Shown in pieces: positions 60,743-64,000 of a stretch of DNA of 64,000 bases. This DNA is from an uncultured Pseudomonadota bacterium (lineage in GTDB: Bacteria; Oederibacteriota; Muellerivitia; Muellerivitales; Muellerivitaceae). Each line of letters opens with the position of its first letter. The first letter of the stretch is position 1. Location of the stretch: NCBI GenBank assembly GCA_963836235.1, contig CAWIIP010000002.1, positions 224,001 to 288,000 of the forward strand, given 5' to 3'. The position numbers and the translations under genes were made by a program. The notes beneath the pieces were generated by a model. It was given only the letters and a program-made list of their open reading frames with translations, was not told the DNA's origin and ran no database searches.

Positions 60743-62272
60743 CTAGTTTTTTAACATCTTATTGTAAAGGTCTTTGTATTTCCCCGCGGAGACATCCCAT
60801 GAAAAATCCTGCTTCATGGCCCGCTGGACCAGTTCTTTCCACAATTTGGGCTGGTGGAAAGCCTCGACGGCGCGCCGAATCACGAATAACAGCTCATTGG
60901 CGCGGTATTGTTCAAAAACAAACCCTGTTCCTTTTTTGCCTTCCAGGGAAAGGTTCTCGACCGTATCGGCCAATCCCCCCGTCTTCCGGACAATGGGAAT
61001 GGTTCCATACTTCATGGCGATCATTTGGCCCAAGCCGCAAGGTTCAAAACGCGAGGGCATCAAGAACATGTCGCTTCCCGCGTAAATCAATTTGGCCAGC
61101 CGACTGTCAAATTTTAAAACTGCCGCGAACTTGGAGGGAAATCGATGGCGCAAACTATCGAAAAGGGTGTGATAGCGAAGTTCCCCGGTTCCCAAAACCA
61201 CAAATTGAACGTCTAATTCCAGAAAGCTTTCGATGACTTCTGCGATAAGATCCAGTCCCTTTTGATCCACAAGCCGGGAAACCAGGCCCACCAGGGGAAC
61301 ATCCGGTTTGAACGGCAGCTCTAATTCTTCGGTAAGCTTCTTCTTTGAAACTTCCTTTTTTTCGTGGTTTTTTAAGGTGTATTGGGCTGGAATTTCCTTA
61401 TCCGTGGCCGGATTCCACTCGTCATAATCGATGCCATTGAGGATTCCATGAATCGATGAAGCCCGGGTTCCTAGAACACCCTGCAGCCCGTGCCCGAATT
61501 CTTCCGTTTGTATTTCCTCAGCGTAGTTTTCGGAGACCGTGCTCAGGGCGTCGGCATAAACAAGGCCCGCCTTGAGAAAATTAATTTGGTCGTAAAATTC
61601 TAATTTCTCGTGTTGAAACTCTTCCCAACCGATTCCGGTCATGGGCAAAACATATTTCGGAAAAAGCCCCTGGTAGGCCATGTTATGGATGGTAAACAGG
61701 CTTCGAGTGGAGGCAAAATGGGGATCGGATTTATAGATAGTTTTTAAATAAACGGCCGCCAATCCGGTCTGCCAATCGTTAAGGTGTAGGATGTCCGGAT
61801 ACCACCGAATAGCCTTGAGCATCTCAAATAATGCCCTAGAGAAAAAGGCGAACCGCTCCGCATTGTCATGGTAATCCCCTTCCGCCGTCCCGTAAAAACC
61901 TTCCCGATCGAAATAACGCTCATTCTGGATGAAATAAGCCGTTCCAGGGGTTGATCCCAGCCGGGTGGATAGAATATCGGCGGTCATATCTCCCATTCCC
62001 ATGGGCACGTTCATGCCCTTCACTTCCAGCTTCAGTTTAAATTTTTCAGGTGAAATACTCTTATATTTGGGCAGGACAACCGCAACTTCACAACCCGATT
62101 TCATCAAAGCCCCGGGCAAAGAACCCACCACATCCGCAAGTCCGCCCGTTTTAGCGAAAGGAACCGCCTCCGAAGCGACCAATAAAACTTTCAACTTGTT
62201 CGCACGCGGTCCCTTGGCGGAAACGAGGGAAGCGTTTGTTGATTTTTTGGCACCGGTAAGTGGCATGATCAT
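60743..62272 (-). CDS. glgA: Glycogen synthase
   Basis: KTGGLADV, HLNDWQT, FTIHNMAYQG and PSRFEPCGLGQM. Confidence 0.95.
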   Translation of the reverse strand: MIMPLTGAKKSTNASLVSAKGPRANKLKVLLVASEAVPFAKTGGLADVVGSLPGALMKSGCEVAVVLPKYKSISPEKFKLKLEVKGMNVPMGMGDMTADILSTRLGSTPGTAYFIQNERYFDREGFYGTAEGDYHDNAERFAFFSRALFEMLKAIRWYPDILHLNDWQTGLAAVYLKTIYKSDPHFASTRSLFTIHNMAYQGLFPKYVLPMTGIGWEEFQHEKLEFYDQINFLKAGLVYADALSTVSENYAEEIQTEEFGHGLQGVLGTRASSIHGILNGIDYDEWNPATDKEIPAQYTLKNHEKKEVSKKKLTEELELPFKPDVPLVGLVSRLVDQKGLDLIAEVIESFLELDVQFVVLGTGELRYHTLFDSLRHRFPSKFAAVLKFDSRLAKLIYAGSDMFLMPSRFEPCGLGQMIAMKYGTIPIVRKTGGLADTVENLSLEGKKGTGFVFEQYRANELLFVIRRAVEAFHQPKLWKELVQRAMKQDFSWDVSAGKYKDLYNKMLKN

Positions 62273-62410
62273 TCCAATAAGATTATTTGTAACGAGCGAT
62301 TGGAAGGGGCATTATAAAAGTCAACGAAGAGGTGTCAAGGCAGGAACCAAAAACCAGCCAAAACAACCTATTCCAACACTGGATTTAATATCGTTATTGG
62401 AGAGCAGGAA

Positions 62411-63946
62411 TTAAGGTAAATTCCATCGTTTATCCAGATCAACACTGGTAATTTTGGATTTGGATTTAAGTGTTTCTTCCAATAGTTCCCGTAATCCAGT
62501 CTGGGTTTTTCGGCGGGACTTTAATCGGCGGAAAAAATCATAACCCGAAGCCCCTCCGGCCAAAAGATCATTGACGGCCACTTGGTATTTCCGCTTATCG
62601 TTCAAAAGTTCGTCGCCAACCTTAATTTGGAGGCCATCGCCCGTTTTTTCAACCGTAAACCCTGAGATTTGCAAAAAATCATCCTTCCCTTTTTCCTCCG
62701 CTGATTCTTCAATGGCCTTTCTTAAATAAATCCCCGGAACGTCAATAGCCACAATTTCGCTGTCCGTGGGAAAAATTTCATACAAAATCTCCCGGGTTAA
62801 ATCGCCTGAATTAAATCCTGCTTTGAAGGAACCGTTATTGAGCAGGGCAATCTCCGTTTGTGCCGATTTTCGCATGGCATCCGTAAGTAGCTCACCTGCG
62901 ATGGAATCTCCGTTTTCCGCTTTGGTAAAATCAGCTGAAACCGTCGCCAAAACCTCATCGAGCGGCTTTTCTTTAAGCTGATCCTTGTACTTTTGCAAAA
63001 GCTCAACCATCTGGGGATCCTCTGGAAGATCCGACGTAACGGGAATGAGCTGATAGTGATAGTCCACTATGGAATAAGCCGCTATCTTGGTTTTAGGGTC
63101 TCGGTGCCCATCGACGGTTAAATCGAGCCGGCCCAGGTATAAGCCCCTGGAACCAGCCTGTCCGACAATCGGGCCTAAAAGGCTTCCATCTTTCAGTTGG
63201 GTGACAATCGGCGCGGTTAACAGCGTTTGGCTGTAACCCCCGATAACAACATGGATAAAAGGATTTTCTTTCGCGAATTTCTTATCCGCTTCCACGCCCA
63301 AATTGCTCAAAACGATGAATATATCCGCGTCTTTTTTAAAAATAGAATGAAGGCCTTTGGCCGAGGCGCCCGGAGGATTAAAAACAAGCCCTCGCACCGT
63401 TTCACGCCCAATGAGGGCGGGAGTTTCAGGGTTACAGAAACCGATGAGCCCCACACGGACTCCGGTGGCTTTTAAAACGTAAGGCCTGATATAGGGTTGT
63501 CCTCCACTGACCACATTGGCCGAAACCCAGGGGATATGGAATTTTCTTCTAAAATCTAAAAGGGCTTTTTTCCCATAGGTGAAATCCGTTTCTCCCAAGC
63601 CGATGGCGTCGTACCGCATCAATTGATAGGCTTCGCAATCCACTTCACCATGGGTCAATTCGGAAAATGCCGTTCCTGAAAACAAATCTCCGCTGTCCAC
63701 GAGAACCACATGATCGGGACCGACTTCCTTTCGAATTTTCTCGATCAAGGCCATCCGCCGGGTGACGCCGCCGACAGGTTTAGACGGATCATTCTGGTGA
63801 ACGGGATCGACTTGGCCATGATGATCGTTGGTAAAGAGAATGGTGAGAGTGACTTCGCGGGGGAAGGAACAATTCGGTAATACGATGAAGAAAAAGGCCA
63901 AAAGAAATAAAGGAAGTGTTTTTATCCCTGAATTTTGGACAGCCAT
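62411..63946 (-). CDS. 5'-nucleotidase/metallophosphatase-family secreted protein with degenerate active site
   Basis: FTNDHHG and DSGD are retained, and the C-terminal domain is present (EIFP, NDLLAGGASGY). GNHE is replaced by GETD and GHSH by GYSQ. Confidence 0.85.
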   Translation of the reverse strand: MAVQNSGIKTLPLFLLAFFFIVLPNCSFPREVTLTILFTNDHHGQVDPVHQNDPSKPVGGVTRRMALIEKIRKEVGPDHVVLVDSGDLFSGTAFSELTHGEVDCEAYQLMRYDAIGLGETDFTYGKKALLDFRRKFHIPWVSANVVSGGQPYIRPYVLKATGVRVGLIGFCNPETPALIGRETVRGLVFNPPGASAKGLHSIFKKDADIFIVLSNLGVEADKKFAKENPFIHVVIGGYSQTLLTAPIVTQLKDGSLLGPIVGQAGSRGLYLGRLDLTVDGHRDPKTKIAAYSIVDYHYQLIPVTSDLPEDPQMVELLQKYKDQLKEKPLDEVLATVSADFTKAENGDSIAGELLTDAMRKSAQTEIALLNNGSFKAGFNSGDLTREILYEIFPTDSEIVAIDVPGIYLRKAIEESAEEKGKDDFLQISGFTVEKTGDGLQIKVGDELLNDKRKYQVAVNDLLAGGASGYDFFRRLKSRRKTQTGLRELLEETLKSKSKITSVDLDKRWNLP

Positions 63947-63952
63947 AACAGC

Positions 63953-64000
63953 TTAAAATTCGCTGACGGCGTCTTGTTCAGTTTTCAAAATGTGGAAAAG
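63953..64000 (-). CDS. 3' end of a gene, possibly a STAS anti-anti-sigma factor
   Basis: ...LFHILKTEQDAVSEF* resembles STAS C-termini, but only 15 codons are visible. Confidence 0.35.
   Translation of the reverse strand, partial: LFHILKTEQDAVSEF

Overview
This is a bacterial chromosomal window of roughly mid-40s %GC. Its gene content suggests an uncultured diderm lineage; the very long Thr/Pro-rich secreted proteins with FlgD-Ig/T9SS-like tails recall candidate phylum FCPU426, which is inference only. The first 30 kb is mostly core genes: an ECF sigma/anti-sigma/Spy-CpxP unit, pepA, UDG, envelope glycosylation genes, MCP plus PilZ, an aminotransferase-serA operon with a Rex/CRP-type operator, tRNA-Leu-tig-clpP-clpX, glpD, trxB and rnj. 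From 30 to 41 kb lie two paralogous giant secreted proteins; one carries a complete expansin, and their last 658 bp look identical. From 46 to 54.6 kb is an accessory zone holding the most unusual signal. Three small integrase-free toxin-antitoxin cassettes (MazEF-like, PIN, HicAB) each sit directly after a host gene's stop codon, and each is followed by a diverged, mostly synonymous duplicate of that gene's 3' end: desaturase x2, rluD x3. An IS21 element lies in the middle of this zone between two truncated genes. The window ends with ileS (with an AT-rich internal patch), lspA, lspA, lgt and rluD, then glgA followed by a GGDEF/glycogen-binding fusion, and a 5'-nucleotidase homologue with degenerate catalytic motifs.
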